Positions 42,686 to 55,540 of a stretch of 64,000 nt of DNA are shown here, piece after piece (within the stretch, counting starts at the first letter, position 1; each line of letters starts with the position of its first letter). A program made the position numbers and the translations under genes. Under the pieces are notes generated by a model that made no database searches, was not told the origin of the DNA, and saw only the letters and a program-made list of their open reading frames with translations. This DNA comes from Eledone cirrhosa (Eukaryota): NCBI GenBank assembly GCA_964016885.1, contig OZ024742.1, positions 299,460,001-299,524,000 on the forward strand, written 5' to 3'.

Positions 42686-44335
42686 GCGGTGGATTGAGAG
42701 TATCGGTAGAGGGTCGGACGCCATGCTTTGACGCATAGAGTTACGGCCTTGCTATTCTGAGTTCAAATCCCGCCGGGGTTAACTTTGCCTTTCATCCTTA
42801 CGGGGTCGATAAAATAAAGTACCAGTAATGCACTGGTTAATTGCTGGCCTTGTGCCAAAAGAAGAACAATTATTATTACCGGATGATGTGGATTGGCAGC
42901 ATGGGTAGAGGGTCGGACGCCATGCTTTGAAGCACAGTTACATCCTTTTACGGACCTAGTTCAAATCCCGTCGAGGTTAACTTTGCCTTTCATCCTTACG
43001 GGGTCGATAAAATAAAGTACCAGTAATGTTCTGGGTAATTGCTGGCCTTGTGCCAAAAGAAGAAACAATTATTATTATCGGCACTTGTAGGGCGGTGGAT
43101 TGGCAGTATCGGTAGAGAGTCGGACACCATGCTTTGCAGCATAGAGTTACGGCCATTTACGGTCTGAGTTCAAATCCCACCGAGGTTAACTTAGCCTTTC
43201 ATTCTTACGGGGTCTATAAAATAAGGCACGAGTAATGCACTGGGGTCGATTTAATCGACTTTCCCCTCCCCTTCAAATTACTGGCCTTGTGCCTATAGTA
43301 GAAAACATTATTATCGGCTTTTGTAGCCGATAAATGAAATCCTTATTATTATTATTGTTTGTATTGGCAGTATCGGTAGAGGGTCGGATGCCATGCTTTC
43401 CAGCATAGTTACGTCCCTTTACGATCTGAGTTCAAATCCCGCCGAGGTTGACTTTGCCTTTCAACCTTACGGGGTCGATAAAACAAAGTACCAGTAATGC
43501 ACTGGGTAATTGCTGGCCTTGTGCCTAAAGTAGAAACAATTATTATTATTATTGTTTTCACTAGGGTGGTGGATTGGCAGTTTCGGTAGAGGGTCGGATG
43601 CAATGCTTTGCAGCATAGGGTTACGGCCTTTTATGATCTGAGTTCAAAATTCGCCGAGTTTAACTTTGCCTTTCATCCTTAAGGGGGTCGATAAAATAAA
43701 GTACCAGTCACGCACTGAGGTCAATTTAATCGACTTTCTCCTCCCCCCCAAATTGCTGGCCTTGTGCCTAAATAAGAAGCCTTTATTATTATTTTCACTG
43801 CTACTACTACTACTACTACTACTACAACTTCTACTAGCATTATTATTATTACGTTCTGAGCTCAAACCCCGTCGAGATTTGCTTTTCCTTTTATCCTTAC
43901 AGGGTCGATAAAATAAAGTACCAGTAACGCACTGGGGTCGATTATATCGGCTTTCCTCTCCCCCAAAAGCCTTGTGCTTAAATCGGACACAATTATTATT
44001 ATTGTGCATATTTATTCCCTCATTTATCACATAATTCTCCTCACTGCCAGCATAACCTCTAACCCAATACTTTTTTTTAAGAAATCAATTATTTTCCTAC
44101 TAGCCTTCTTTTAACTTATTATCAGTGATCGGCTGTATCGGTAGAGCGTCGGAAAACATGTTTTGGGACATAGAGTTACGACCCTTTGCGTTCGGATTTC
44201 AAATTCCGCCGAGGTTAGCTTTGCCTTTCATCCTTAAGGGGTCGATAAAATAAAATACCAGTAAGTACTTGGATTGGTTTAATCGACTTTCTTCCTTCCT
44301 TTCAAATTGCTGGCCTTGATTCCAAAGTAGAAATA
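42686..44335 (+). mobile_element. Head-to-tail array of 7 SINE-A copies
   Basis: Starts at ~42686, 42888, 43090, 43364, 43564, 43851 (truncated) and 44132, separated by (ATT)n spacers. Confidence 0.9.
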
Positions 44336-44344
44336 AATAATAAT

Positions 44345-44705
44345 AAATATTATTATTATTATCATGTCCTTCCTCAGGATTGATCTTAATTACTGGTTTA
44401 GTCAAGATAGCGGACCACATCCAGTGGTCTTAGGTTTCATGACGTTGTTTCCTTCTTTTTCAGTTTGTATCTAATGTATTTCGTATTACCCTCGCCTCTC
44501 CAAGCAAACAGGGTTTATGTAACATTTCCACTGTGAGATTCAGGTTTAGTTTGTTTGTTTCTATCAATCCATCAAAGTTCTTTGTGATCGTTCCTAAGGC
44601 GCTAACGAACACTGGTATCAATTCCACCCTTTTCATCTGCTATTTTCTTGAAATTTCATACTTCAGGGCAACGTGATTTGTGCAATGTTCTTCTTTTCCT
44701 TCTAA
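44345..44705 (-). pseudogene. 3' end of a Dong/R4-like RLE LINE with (TAA)n tail
   Basis: Minus strand: LKYEISRK*QMKRVELIPVFVSALGTITKNF...MLHKPCLLGEARVIRNTLDTN*, short 3'UTR, then gataataataataat. Confidence 0.7.
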
Positions 44706-44719
44706 GCGAGTATGAAATT

Positions 44720-44749
44720 TATCATCATCATCATCATCATCATCATTAG

Positions 44750-44781
<32 letters not shown>

Positions 44782-44852
44782 CCATTAGCATCATCATCGT
44801 CATCATCAGCATATATCATCATCATCATCATCCTCATCATTATTATCATTAT
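44720..44852 (+). repeat. (ATC)n microsatellite
   Basis: Direct reading. Confidence 0.95.
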
Positions 44853-46696
44853 CATGTAATTTTTACAGCGGTAATGCTGGTGATTCTGCCAGTTTTGTTC
44901 GCTGAATATCAAACCACTACCCACGCATTCGGATATTTAGCACATATAAGGTTGTAACTGTAATGTTATAAATTACTTCTATTCCTGCTACTACAACTAC
45001 TGCCACGCTGCTTTGGGATCTTACTGGTTAACTGTAACCCATTACAAACTTTTCCTTGGTTGGGTCGGCGGTAATTAAACCGACAACACCACAAAGCCTG
45101 CTTGATGAAAAGGAGGGTTTTTGGAGGATACTCTGCTTGTTGAAAAACTAAATTCTGAAAAGGGCCCCTAAGACGGTTGTATGATAGACTTAGTCCTCCT
45201 TCCGGTCAAATTGATGCCAAATCTATTACTCTTCTCTCCTTTGGACCACATGGCGTAGGCCAATAAGGGGATTCTGTTGAGTGGGTAGAGTATGATCTCC
45301 ATACACACTGCCTATACATGCACCTTGGAGTGGACACTCCAGTGCCCCAGTTTTCAGCATCAGAACCGAAACAAGAGGCAACGGTTAAGAATTATAAATC
45401 CAAGTCGATTGATGTAGCTTCGGGCGCAACTGGCTGTTTCAGACAATGGGAAGTATTACTGTATCCCAGGGGTCAGCTATCGCCCAACTCAAGCCGGGTA
45501 TCCTCCAGCCTGGGTGATTTAGTGGTTACTTGGAGCCAAGGGAAATAAACTGACAAGCAAGCTGTAAATTTCGCACCAAGCAAACATCTTACTTAAAGGT
45601 AACAAGCTGTAATATCTGAACAATGTGTCCTGGATGAAACAATGATCTGCATCATGTTGTTGACTTCATAAAAACAGACATTATCAGCTGTGAACGGAAG
45701 AGGATAAACATAGGTGTTGCCGTACTGGAGAGAAACCAAGGGACACAAAACATCACTGTGTGATATTTACGGTTAGAAACACTGTTGTATGCAGTTTAAC
45801 CACTATTCCGTGGTACGGCTCGTCGTCTCTTAACCTCCCTAGGCCCAGTGAAGATCCTGTGCGTCTACGCACTCATATTCTGTTCCTCAGATGACATTAA
45901 GAATACGTTGTACAAAGACTATATCACAGAACGCCTGTACCTACTGTAAGGCTTAGCCTGTGCTACAAAGGTGTCTGTCTGAAAACGTGATCGGTAGCCA
46001 TGCGATATCAACCCGGTTGGTTGCGCGGCACTGGCTGTAAACTGTAACAGTCTAGATACACTGTCAACTTGTGATGCCAAGAAGAGTTTTCCTATTATAA
46101 AATTTAAATTATAAATATTAATTGATCCATAATAACACAGGACGTTGAGATTCTTTCATTTATTAATTACCCTGAAGTTCAGTGAGCATTTTCTGCTTTG
46201 CCACAGCATTCATCCACATAATGCTATAATTAATAGTGTTTCTTTATCAGAACGACTCTCTGGCGATCCATGTTTGTTACTGTCACAATTACTGAGTGTA
46301 ATTTCATCAGTAATATGACATGAAATTAAATAAACTTCAAGTGAAGCGTTATGGGATTCTGCTGAAAATAATTTAATTTTTATAACGAGAATGTAATAAA
46401 CTTATCTAAAACATTGCAATTTTTCATGAACTAGTTACAAAAATTATCGTTGTTTAATAATTAGATTTTAATACGTTATTTCTTTTCCATTTTATCTATT
46501 ACATTCACACGTCTTTATTATGCATTAGAAATCTTATATTCTGTTCAAAACATTGCTATTGATATAGGAGTAAATTAATTTATGCAAAACTAAACTTCTA
46601 TCTGTCTGCCTGTGCGCATGTGTGTGTGGAACATCAGTTTTTTCAAATATGATATATGAAAACACGGTCATTTTATTGTTTTCATATTAGATGACG

Positions 46697-46885
46697 ATTG
46701 GCAGTATCGATAAAGAGTCGGACACCATGCATAGAGTTACGTCCCTTTACAAATCCCGCCGAGGTTCACTTTGCCTTTCATCCTAACGGGATCGATAAAA
46801 TAAAGCACCAGTAACGTACTGGGGTCAATTTAATCGACTTTCTCCTCCCAAATTACTGGCATTGTGCCTATACTAGAAATCATAT
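46697..46885 (+). mobile_element. SINE-A
   Basis: Consensus match with small deletions. Confidence 0.8.
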
Positions 46886-47591
46886 TAGATCTTTATCTTT
46901 GGTTTGCGACCATAGTGCTCCTATATACATATGTTACTTCACATTCCCATATTCACAGTGATAATATCAGTGCCCTATATATGTTAACCATTTAAATACC
47001 TAACACTGTTTACGTCAAATACGATTCATAAGCAAATGCAATTAATACATTTGCCCGTGCTTTCAAAAAGTAATTATAAGTCATATTCATAATTGCTAAC
47101 ATTAATAAAATACCAGTATAAACTAATATCAGATATAAAATTTCAAAACAATAAACAGCCAATTAACTTGCTAGTATCTAAGGCTAGAAGAGCATCAATT
47201 AGTAGAGAATAAAAATAGATACTGAAGTATTATTATATTCTTGGTAAGGTACTAATTATGTTCATTTTGTCTCGCATCTAATAGTTTTATGTGTCTGGCT
47301 GCTTGTTTGTTAGTGTGTAGTAGTTTAATTGCTACATAATTATACCAGCATTTTGGACAGTTTGTGTGGATTAGTCAGAAAAATCAGTTTGAACTTGAGG
47401 CGTTAAAAGGTGAAGAAAATCATTGGATTATACAGTGAGAGATGATAAAACTAATGCTTAAGTGATATACTTAAAGAGCAAAACAAAACACGATATTTTT
47501 TACACTAGATGATGCTAGTTTGTTTAGAGGTACGCGTAGATGAAGAACATCAGTTATGTATATAAAAGCCTGTTTGCTGTTTATAAATTAG

Positions 47592-47762
47592 TTGTTTCTA
47601 CTTTTGGCACAAGGCCAGCAATTATCCCACTGTATTACTGGTACTTTATTTTATCGACCCCGTAACGATGAAAGGCAAAGTTAACCTCGGCAGGATTTGA
47701 ACTCAAACCATAAAGGGCCGTAACTCTTTGCTGCAAAGCATGGTGTCAGACCCTCTACCGAT
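47592..47762 (-). mobile_element. SINE-A
   Basis: Reverse complement of the consensus. Confidence 0.85.
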
Positions 47763-49939
47763 TGTTTAAAAATTAGTGTATGTCAATATGTCAAGAATTG
47801 CACGAGATTTATGAATAGATTGAATGAACTGATTCGTTACCATATTCACGAATAAATTGAATGGATCTATTCGTTACCATATTTGTAATGGAATGCAATA
47901 CAGGTAAAACAAAAACTAAATCTAAAGCAATATACAAAATATATGCGATAATACTTGCTATTCTGAAATAGTCATCGTTAACGTGTATTGTTTGTATATA
48001 TCTGTGAAGCATTAAGTTTTGAAAACGAATTTCTGGGGATTCATCATTAAATGTATGTTTTTATGTGTCGCCTTGTACGTCAATGTGTCTATGTTTTAAT
48101 ATAAGTCAGTGTTCTTGAGCATATACGCATTTCAATCTATTACATCTACTATCAATGACTTCAAATTGGTTTGAATAAAAACAATTATTCTCTCATTTTC
48201 AGTGTTCCAGTTCGAGGAATGAACTCGAATGTATTTTAGACAAAAGAACTTAGTGTTAAACTATATTGTCAAAGCATACTTTTTTACATAATGGTTTGTT
48301 TTCACACATGATTAGTTTTAGTATCATATAGACTTAATGAAATTATTCATATTCACCTGAATATTTATTTAGCGAATAAATTCTAGTTATATTTACATAC
48401 ACACATAATTCAGTTGCGTAAGCGTTTGTAAAGGGCCGATAAGAATATTTCAGAATAGCAAGGATAATCGCATATATATTGCATATGTCCTTAGTTTTAG
48501 TTCTACCCATGCCTTCAGGTGCACAAGACAACGGGGTTTTGCCAACACAGTCTCTCCGGACGTCTGCAATTAATTAATGTGTATCTGAGAAGATCCTCCT
48601 GAAATGTTTGGCCCAGTTGTTTTGGGATCGGACCTTCTCCGTTTTCACTTCGCCAGTACACATGGCATTGCAAACTATGATTGTCGAGTAACTGGCAGGC
48701 ATAAATTATAAACTTTATTTAATGATTGGGTGTAAAATAAATCGAGATTAAACATTAGAAACGTAGGGCAAGAAAAGCGATCTTTCTAATTCGTTGAATG
48801 ATGTGCTTACAGGCTTCTTCCTCTTTTGCACTTTCAACAAATATAGAAAAATAAAACAACTGTTCATGCTTTTACAAGACTTCACTTTTGATTCGACCAG
48901 AAAAAGCAATGCTGTTTCGTAATTTGTAATCGATTACGTTGTGTGGTAATTGTCGAGTGGCGAAATAAATTTCACCGTAATACGAAGACAATATCCTCGT
49001 TTTGTTGGGTATTTCGATCGGGAAATTAACTTGAGTAGGAGAATCCGTATGAATCTTGAAGAACTGTAAAGGAATTTGTTCTACAACAATTGCACTGTGT
49101 GGGAGAACAGTAAGTTGTGACGTATAATCCCCTACAGTGTTGGAAATAATGAGGAGAAAAGAGTAAAAATAGATTCAAATTTGATAATTGAAAATTTGGC
49201 GTCGGCGAGAATATTTAAACTGGCTTTAAAATTCATGTGAAGATTTTTGAAGAAAAAGGAAGTGTGATATTTTTCACCGGCAAAGCTATAAATTTTGGGT
49301 CAGAGTAGACTAGATTTTAGGGTATTGAAGTAACGATCTAAAGTTATTGGTTCGATTCTGGAACCGCGGACTGCCTTTGTGTTCTTCAGTATGACGTTAT
49401 GTTGCTCTAGTCCACTCATGTGAAACAAAAAGCGAATATCAGCCATACGTGGGTGGTAACACTGGTGTACCCTCAGTCAATTAATGCGAATTAAACCGGA
49501 TTAAGCCTCAACTTGATGAATCTCAGGGTTTGGGAGAGATTTTAATTTTGTTTTCTGTATGTCAGAAATTTAGTAAGATATATCCAAGAAATATTTACAG
49601 AATATGTGTGGTATTTTAAGTTTTAAATTTAAAATGTTCGTATTATAAACATGAAAATTTACTGAACTAAATTATTTTATTGTATAATTCTTCCACATGT
49701 ATATAGACAAAAGAATATTATTGTAGTTATATCTATATTATTTTCCCATTCATAATAACATTTAGATTTCGGCAGCAATCATATAAGTGTAAATTATAGA
49801 ACACATTTAAGTCTTGTTACATACATTTTCCTGACATATCCTAGAGATTCTAAAGAAAATTAAATGTATTTCATTTGGTTTCTCATATTTCTTACTATTA
49901 ACTCTTTGTGAATAACTTGAAGATAATAGGAATAATAAA

Positions 49940-50150
49940 ATGGTTTCTACATTAGACACAAAACCAATAATTTGGGGCGGAGAGGATAAAATTCGATTAT
50001 ATTGACCCATTACCTGACAGGTAATTTATATCGACCCCGGAAGGATACAAAACAAACTTGACCTTGATGAGATTTGAACTCAGAAGGTAAAGACCCATAA
50101 CTAAATACATTAAAGCATTTTATCCGACATTGTACTGATTCCGCGAATAC
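49940..50150 (-). mobile_element. Diverged SINE-A-related copy
   Basis: tatcgaccccggaaggat...gatttgaactcagaa. Confidence 0.65.
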
Positions 50151-51693
50151 ACTACCCATCCAAACCAGCAAATATCTTTTATATCCATCTAACTAGATAT
50201 ATTATTCACATTAAAGAAGCTTTTTGCCATTAATATTCCCTAGCAGAATTCAAGAGCCACGTAAATTTATAGGATAATTTTATTTTCTTCTGGAGCTTGA
50301 GACAGAATGTATTTGATATAAATGTTACTCGTACCACTGTTGATTCCATTTTTATTGCACAAGGTGAAATCGTATGGCATACTGGTTAAAGTATTGGGAT
50401 TACAATCATGCAATGAATAGAGTTTCCCGCTGGTGCGTTGTGGCCTTGATCAAGACATTTTTTCTTCACGTTTCAACAGCCTACACTGCTACAAATTGAG
50501 TTGTACTTGAAATTCAAAAGATAAGCCTTGCCGCACACTGAGTCAAGATGAATCTCCCTGATAACTGTGTTAAGGGTACATATATATGTGAAACGCTCAG
50601 CCATCTGCACGTTAGTCTCACCTTCGTCGGTGGTTCAAACAACTGGAACACTCATCATCATAACCGATGGAGGTCCACTCCACCCCAACATACACACACA
50701 TTGGGTAGAATATAATCTACCTGCATCAATTTCAGAAAAATATGGAGGAAGAAAATAAAATTATATAAATTGTGATTAAAATAGAGAATGAATGAAAATG
50801 GGAAATGAAGCATAAAATACACATAGCCATAGAATACTATATAACGATGGTATCCATCATTATAATATATATTGGAAATGTATATAAGTTAACATACGTA
50901 TACATTGGTATCAGAGGATGAGCTGACTAAGAAAAGATAAGGGCTAATACTGAAACATAACTTTTCGGTAATATAGCCGAAAGATAACGAAATGTTTCTC
51001 ACTTACGAAGACTAATTGTTACAAAAGAAAACGAGGAATAAAATGATAAAGTAGCAAGAATGATATGTCATTGGTTTTATGGTTTAGGATAGAGACAGAA
51101 AACTGCTTATCAGTGGAATGATGGAGGGAAATATTGTAAGTTGGTGACACGTAGCAAGAATATAATGGTAGCCGAAAATTTGTCGCCAGTCAAGAATGTA
51201 AAATATGAATATGTATGTTCTTTTATGAGAATAGAAGTGATTATAATAACTATGAATGTAGAGGCAAATATGGAATGTTGTATACTATCAATATCCTTTA
51301 AATAATTATTTCAGAGTCAAGAATAGGATTTCAGTTACAGTTATACGGTAATATAAAAATATTAACGAGGAAATATAAAATATATTTGACTTTAACTGAG
51401 TAAGTAATATTTAGCAAGGGAAGAATATCCACTTACATAAGGTGCCAGGCTTAGTGTTCCACTCACAATGTAAGATGGTGAGCTATAGTCAGGTATCACG
51501 CGGCCCGCCCAGTGTACTTTTGAGCAATTTGTTCTACTGTAATTCAGTCCATTCGGCTGGAAGAAGTATTTACAGTTTCACTGATGACAGGCTGTATAGA
51601 TTTTTACCTTTCCCTTGGATAATATCGGTGGCATGGAAAGGGGATATATATATATACAGTATGTATGTATATATATATATTGTTTTATATGTA

Positions 51694-51756
<63 letters not shown>

Positions 51757-51957
51757 TTAGTTATACTATTTATGGTTATGTAAATACAAAACCTTATGCA
51801 GTTATAAGTATTTTACACACACCCTAAATAGTGGTAGGCAGTAATGTATTACTACCTTATTACCAGTAAGTTAAGTAGCTCAATGTAAAAACATCAGATG
51901 ATTTACAGAGCAGTTATATGAAATATAAGAATCAAAGAACTGTTCAAAACATTATTG

Positions 51958-52004
51958 TGCTTACAGCTGTTTCCTCCAAACCGAGGTTTGGATTCTTCGG
52001 AGCA
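51958..52004 (-). ncRNA. Hammerhead ribozyme, mirror of 56974-57020
   Basis: Exact reverse complement of the right-arm motif. Confidence 0.8.
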
Positions 52005-53437
52005 ATTTATTAATGCATGGACAGTTATATGACCTCCTTTTCAGCCGAGAGACATACCGATACGTATTCAAACATTGATACATATTCAAACATTGTGGGT
52101 CAACATTCATTACAGAATTTAGAGTGGCAGTACACACTTCGAGATTACATTTATATTAAGAGGTACAATCAAAAATCAAAATACAGGTTAAAATACAACA
52201 TGAAGATAAGCGGTTATATAGTGCAAATGTTATATGTATGGCACGCATGTGCGTCTTGTTTATATAGTGTGGCAGAGAGATATGTGTGGTAGAGGCACTT
52301 AGGTAGGTAAACAAGAGTGTTAGGTTGATAGATCTGGTGGCAAATTCTTTATATGATTTATATAGTCTGTGTGTGGAGAAATATTAAAAGTAGTGCAAGC
52401 ATTAAAAGTGTTAAAAGTATTGGAGATGCACAGCGCAGGGAAGTCAAGTATTTCATGTACTTCGGCATTTTCATGGTCAGGGGAGTGTATTTATCGATTA
52501 TATGCCCTTCACATAATCCACGGTAATCCAGTTAGAGATCGTAGTCTGGTGTTCTTTAGTTCAATACAGGAGGCTGTTACGTTTCGAGAAACGCCATTGA
52601 ATACCAGCCGGAAGTGTGTGTGTGGCTAAGGGGAGTTAATGCATGCGGGGAGGTAACTCTGGGGTTTCTATACCTAGCTATTTAAATGTGTCCCAATATA
52701 GACCCTAATTTCTATGGTGATGCGCATCCTCCAAGAGAAATTTTTAAAGCATAAAGTGTACTAACTATAGAGTAGTTTAATTAAGTTATGCTGAAGGTGA
52801 TCATATTATTATGGTGGATTAACCCATCGTAAGGTGCCACAAATGGAAATTATAGATGATGAGCGAGGAATCTAAATAATGATCTCTGTGGTCGTAGTCT
52901 ACCCATAGGACCAGGCGCGGTGATTGCAGGATTGCTTCAGGACCCAATGATCTCTGGTAAGATCAGGGTCATCGCTTGCTACATTGGATGTCGAGAGATA
53001 ATCATCCCCAGGCCGGCCAGAGGTCAATCCGCAGTCCTCGCGACCCCTCTCTGACCGTCAGATCATCCATATATGTACAACCCGCACGGCTGTTGCAATG
53101 CATTCACTCACTGCGCTCAGCAGCCCGGTCCTACTGTTCAACAGCGTTACTAGATTAAAACATTTTTCATCTGTCTAAGGAAGGTGTTTCCTCTGCACAA
53201 CACTATCCAACCGATCAATTCATGCTCAAATTACCCTTAGAGCGGTGTAGTGCCGTTCAAGTGGGTGGATGTTGTCACACCTGACGTAGAGGTATAAATG
53301 GGTATTCTCCCTGCGAAGGGTTCCGAAGGGATGTCGTTGTTTGTGTTATAATAGATCAGTTAGTGTTGGGTAAGTAGTATAGGGTGTGTCTCTGGTGTTT
53401 GATGCTAGATGTGGTGTTAGGTTCTAGTCCGACATTG

Positions 53438-54225
53438 CTATATATTGGGCTTAAAGTTTTGGAAGGAATGTCTGAAGCGGTGCTGCCAAGTTGCAAACAC
53501 CTCAGATTTTTTGTTAAGTAGGTTACGGTTGGAGAAGATAATATTGTGTGTCTCTAGTATACAGAGGTTACAAAATGTATTAGGTGCTTTGTACGAGGTC
53601 GCGCTGCCTATCACTTCCCATTTGAGTGTGTATGGTTTCTTTTTAGATTTTAGATAGTGTATGTAGCTAGAAAGTGAGGTGGAGTTTGCTAGGCTGTGCT
53701 TTTTGAACGAGTGGATGTGCGAATTATATCTGATTTTGAAGCAGTTAGAAGTGGAGCCTACATATGTTTCTGAAGAGTTGCTAGTTGTGACGGTGCATGA
53801 GTATATGATATCCTTGGTTAGGCATTTTTTATCTAAAGGGCAGGTTCTATTAGCTCTACAGTTACAATTATCCTGTGCGTTAGTCCGCTGGTTATAATGC
53901 AGTGCGAAAGTCTGTGTGGTAGCTATAGGATTTTGGGCGTTCGGGTTGACAACCCTGGTGTTATTACTTATACTAGTGTTATTTCTATTGTTACTGCCGT
54001 TGCTATGGTTGCTTGCTACAGTGGTATTTAGAGGGTTTGCATCCCGTTGTGATTTTGTTTGTTGGAAGTAAGAACTAATTTTACTATTATTGCTGCTAGC
54101 TATGTGGTATGCTAAGTTAGGCGTCGTAGAGTATGAGATTTTAATGGTGTTTTTGTTTAAGAGGTTGTGGTACTTGTGTCCTAGAGGGAAGTTGTTATCT
54201 AGTAGTGAGAAGAAAGCCCTAGGTA
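53438..54225 (-). pseudogene. Inverted partial copy of the PLE linker + GIY-YIG endonuclease
   Basis: Reverse complement of 54753-55540 with a few substitutions (e.g. terminal TCQH to TWQH). Confidence 0.85.
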
Positions 54226-54244
54226 CTTTAACCTTAGTATCACC

Positions 54245-55540
54245 ATGGACAAAAACACTAAAAATGTTAACTTCCTAGACGCCACACTATACCTAGACTC
54301 AAAAATATATACACCTTTCCATAAGCCTAACGAGAAACTTATTTACGTAGATACCAAGTCTAATCACCCTAGATCAATATTAAACTCTATCTCTAAGGGG
54401 GTGTCCAATAGAATCTCTAGTCTGTCCTATGACGCAAACATATTTAGAAAAAACTCACAATATTACAATCAAGCATTAGCTAGCTCCGGCCATAATATAG
54501 AAATTGAGTTCCTACCTAAGAAAACACATAGCTACAACATCATCTCGCACAACATGTCCATGAGGAAACCTAATAATAGGAATAGCAACCACAAGCGCAC
54601 CAAAGCGGAGGGTGCCACCGGAAGTAACCATTACCATGGAAACTACTGTGGGGCCTTAGGAGGAAGCAACACACCAAACACTAAAAGCAAAAATAGAAGA
54701 AGAAATAATACATTTTTCAACCCTCCTTTCAACCTAAATGTCTCCACCAACATACCTAGGGCTTTCTTCTCACTACTAGATAAAAACTTCCCTCTAGGAC
54801 ACAAGTACCACAACCTCTTAAACAAAAACACCATTAAAATCTCATACTCTACGACGCCTAACTTAGCATACCACATAGCTAGCAGCAATAATAGTAAAAT
54901 TAGTTCTTACTTCCAACAAACAAAATCACAACGGGATGCAAACCCTCTAAATACCACTGTAGCAAGCAACCATAGCAACGGCAGTAACAATAGAAATAAC
55001 ACTAGTATAAGTAATAACACCAGGGTTGTCAACCCGAACGCCCAAAATCCTATAGCTACCACACAGACTTCCGCACTGCATTATAACCAGCGGACTAACG
55101 CACAGGATAATTGTAACTGTAGAGCTAATAGAACCTGCCCTTTAGATAAAAAATGCCTAACCAAGGATATCATATACTCATGTACCGTCACAACTAGCAA
55201 CTCTTCAGAAACATATGTAGGCTCCACTTCTAACTGCTTCAAAATCAGATATAATTCGCACATCCACTCGTTCAAAAAGCACAGCCTAGCAAACTCCACC
55301 TCACTTTCTAGCTACATACACTATCTAAAATCTAAAACTAAACCATACACACTCAACTGGGAAGTGATAGGCAGCGCGACCTCGTACAAAGCACCTAATA
55401 CATTTTGTAACCTCTGTATACTAGAGACACACAATATTATCTTCTCCAACCGTAACCTACTTAACAAAAAATCTGAGGTGTTTGCAACTTGCCAGCACCG
55501 CTTCAGACATTCCTTCCAAAACTTTAAGCCCAATATATAG
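54245..55540 (+). CDS. PLE polyprotein C-terminal part: end of RT and thumb, Asn-rich linker, CxCx5C knuckle, GIY-YIG endonuclease (open but 5'-truncated; the ATG is internal)
   Basis: VNFLDATL...PFHKPN...YVDTKSNHP; FFNPPF; IKISYSTTPN; CNCRANRTCPLDKKCL; IIYSC...TYVGST...FKIRYNSH; CNLCILE...LLNKKSE...CQH. The frame stays open upstream to the inversion junction, and the YxDD motif is absent. Confidence 0.9.
   Translation: MDKNTKNVNFLDATLYLDSKIYTPFHKPNEKLIYVDTKSNHPRSILNSISKGVSNRISSLSYDANIFRKNSQYYNQALASSGHNIEIEFLPKKTHSYNIISHNMSMRKPNNRNSNHKRTKAEGATGSNHYHGNYCGALGGSNTPNTKSKNRRRNNTFFNPPFNLNVSTNIPRAFFSLLDKNFPLGHKYHNLLNKNTIKISYSTTPNLAYHIASSNNSKISSYFQQTKSQRDANPLNTTVASNHSNGSNNRNNTSISNNTRVVNPNAQNPIATTQTSALHYNQRTNAQDNCNCRANRTCPLDKKCLTKDIIYSCTVTTSNSSETYVGSTSNCFKIRYNSHIHSFKKHSLANSTSLSSYIHYLKSKTKPYTLNWEVIGSATSYKAPNTFCNLCILETHNIIFSNRNLLNKKSEVFATCQHRFRHSFQNFKPNI

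Noticed and set aside
42686-44335. CRISPR-like or tRNA-gene array
   Set aside because: Units are ~190-bp dispersed SINEs with no constant short repeat/spacer period, no cas genes and no complete cloverleaf.
52017-54278. Pairs of identical short ORFs on opposite strands
   Set aside because: They are antisense or UTR by-products of the 2.3-kb inverted repeat, not duplicated genes.
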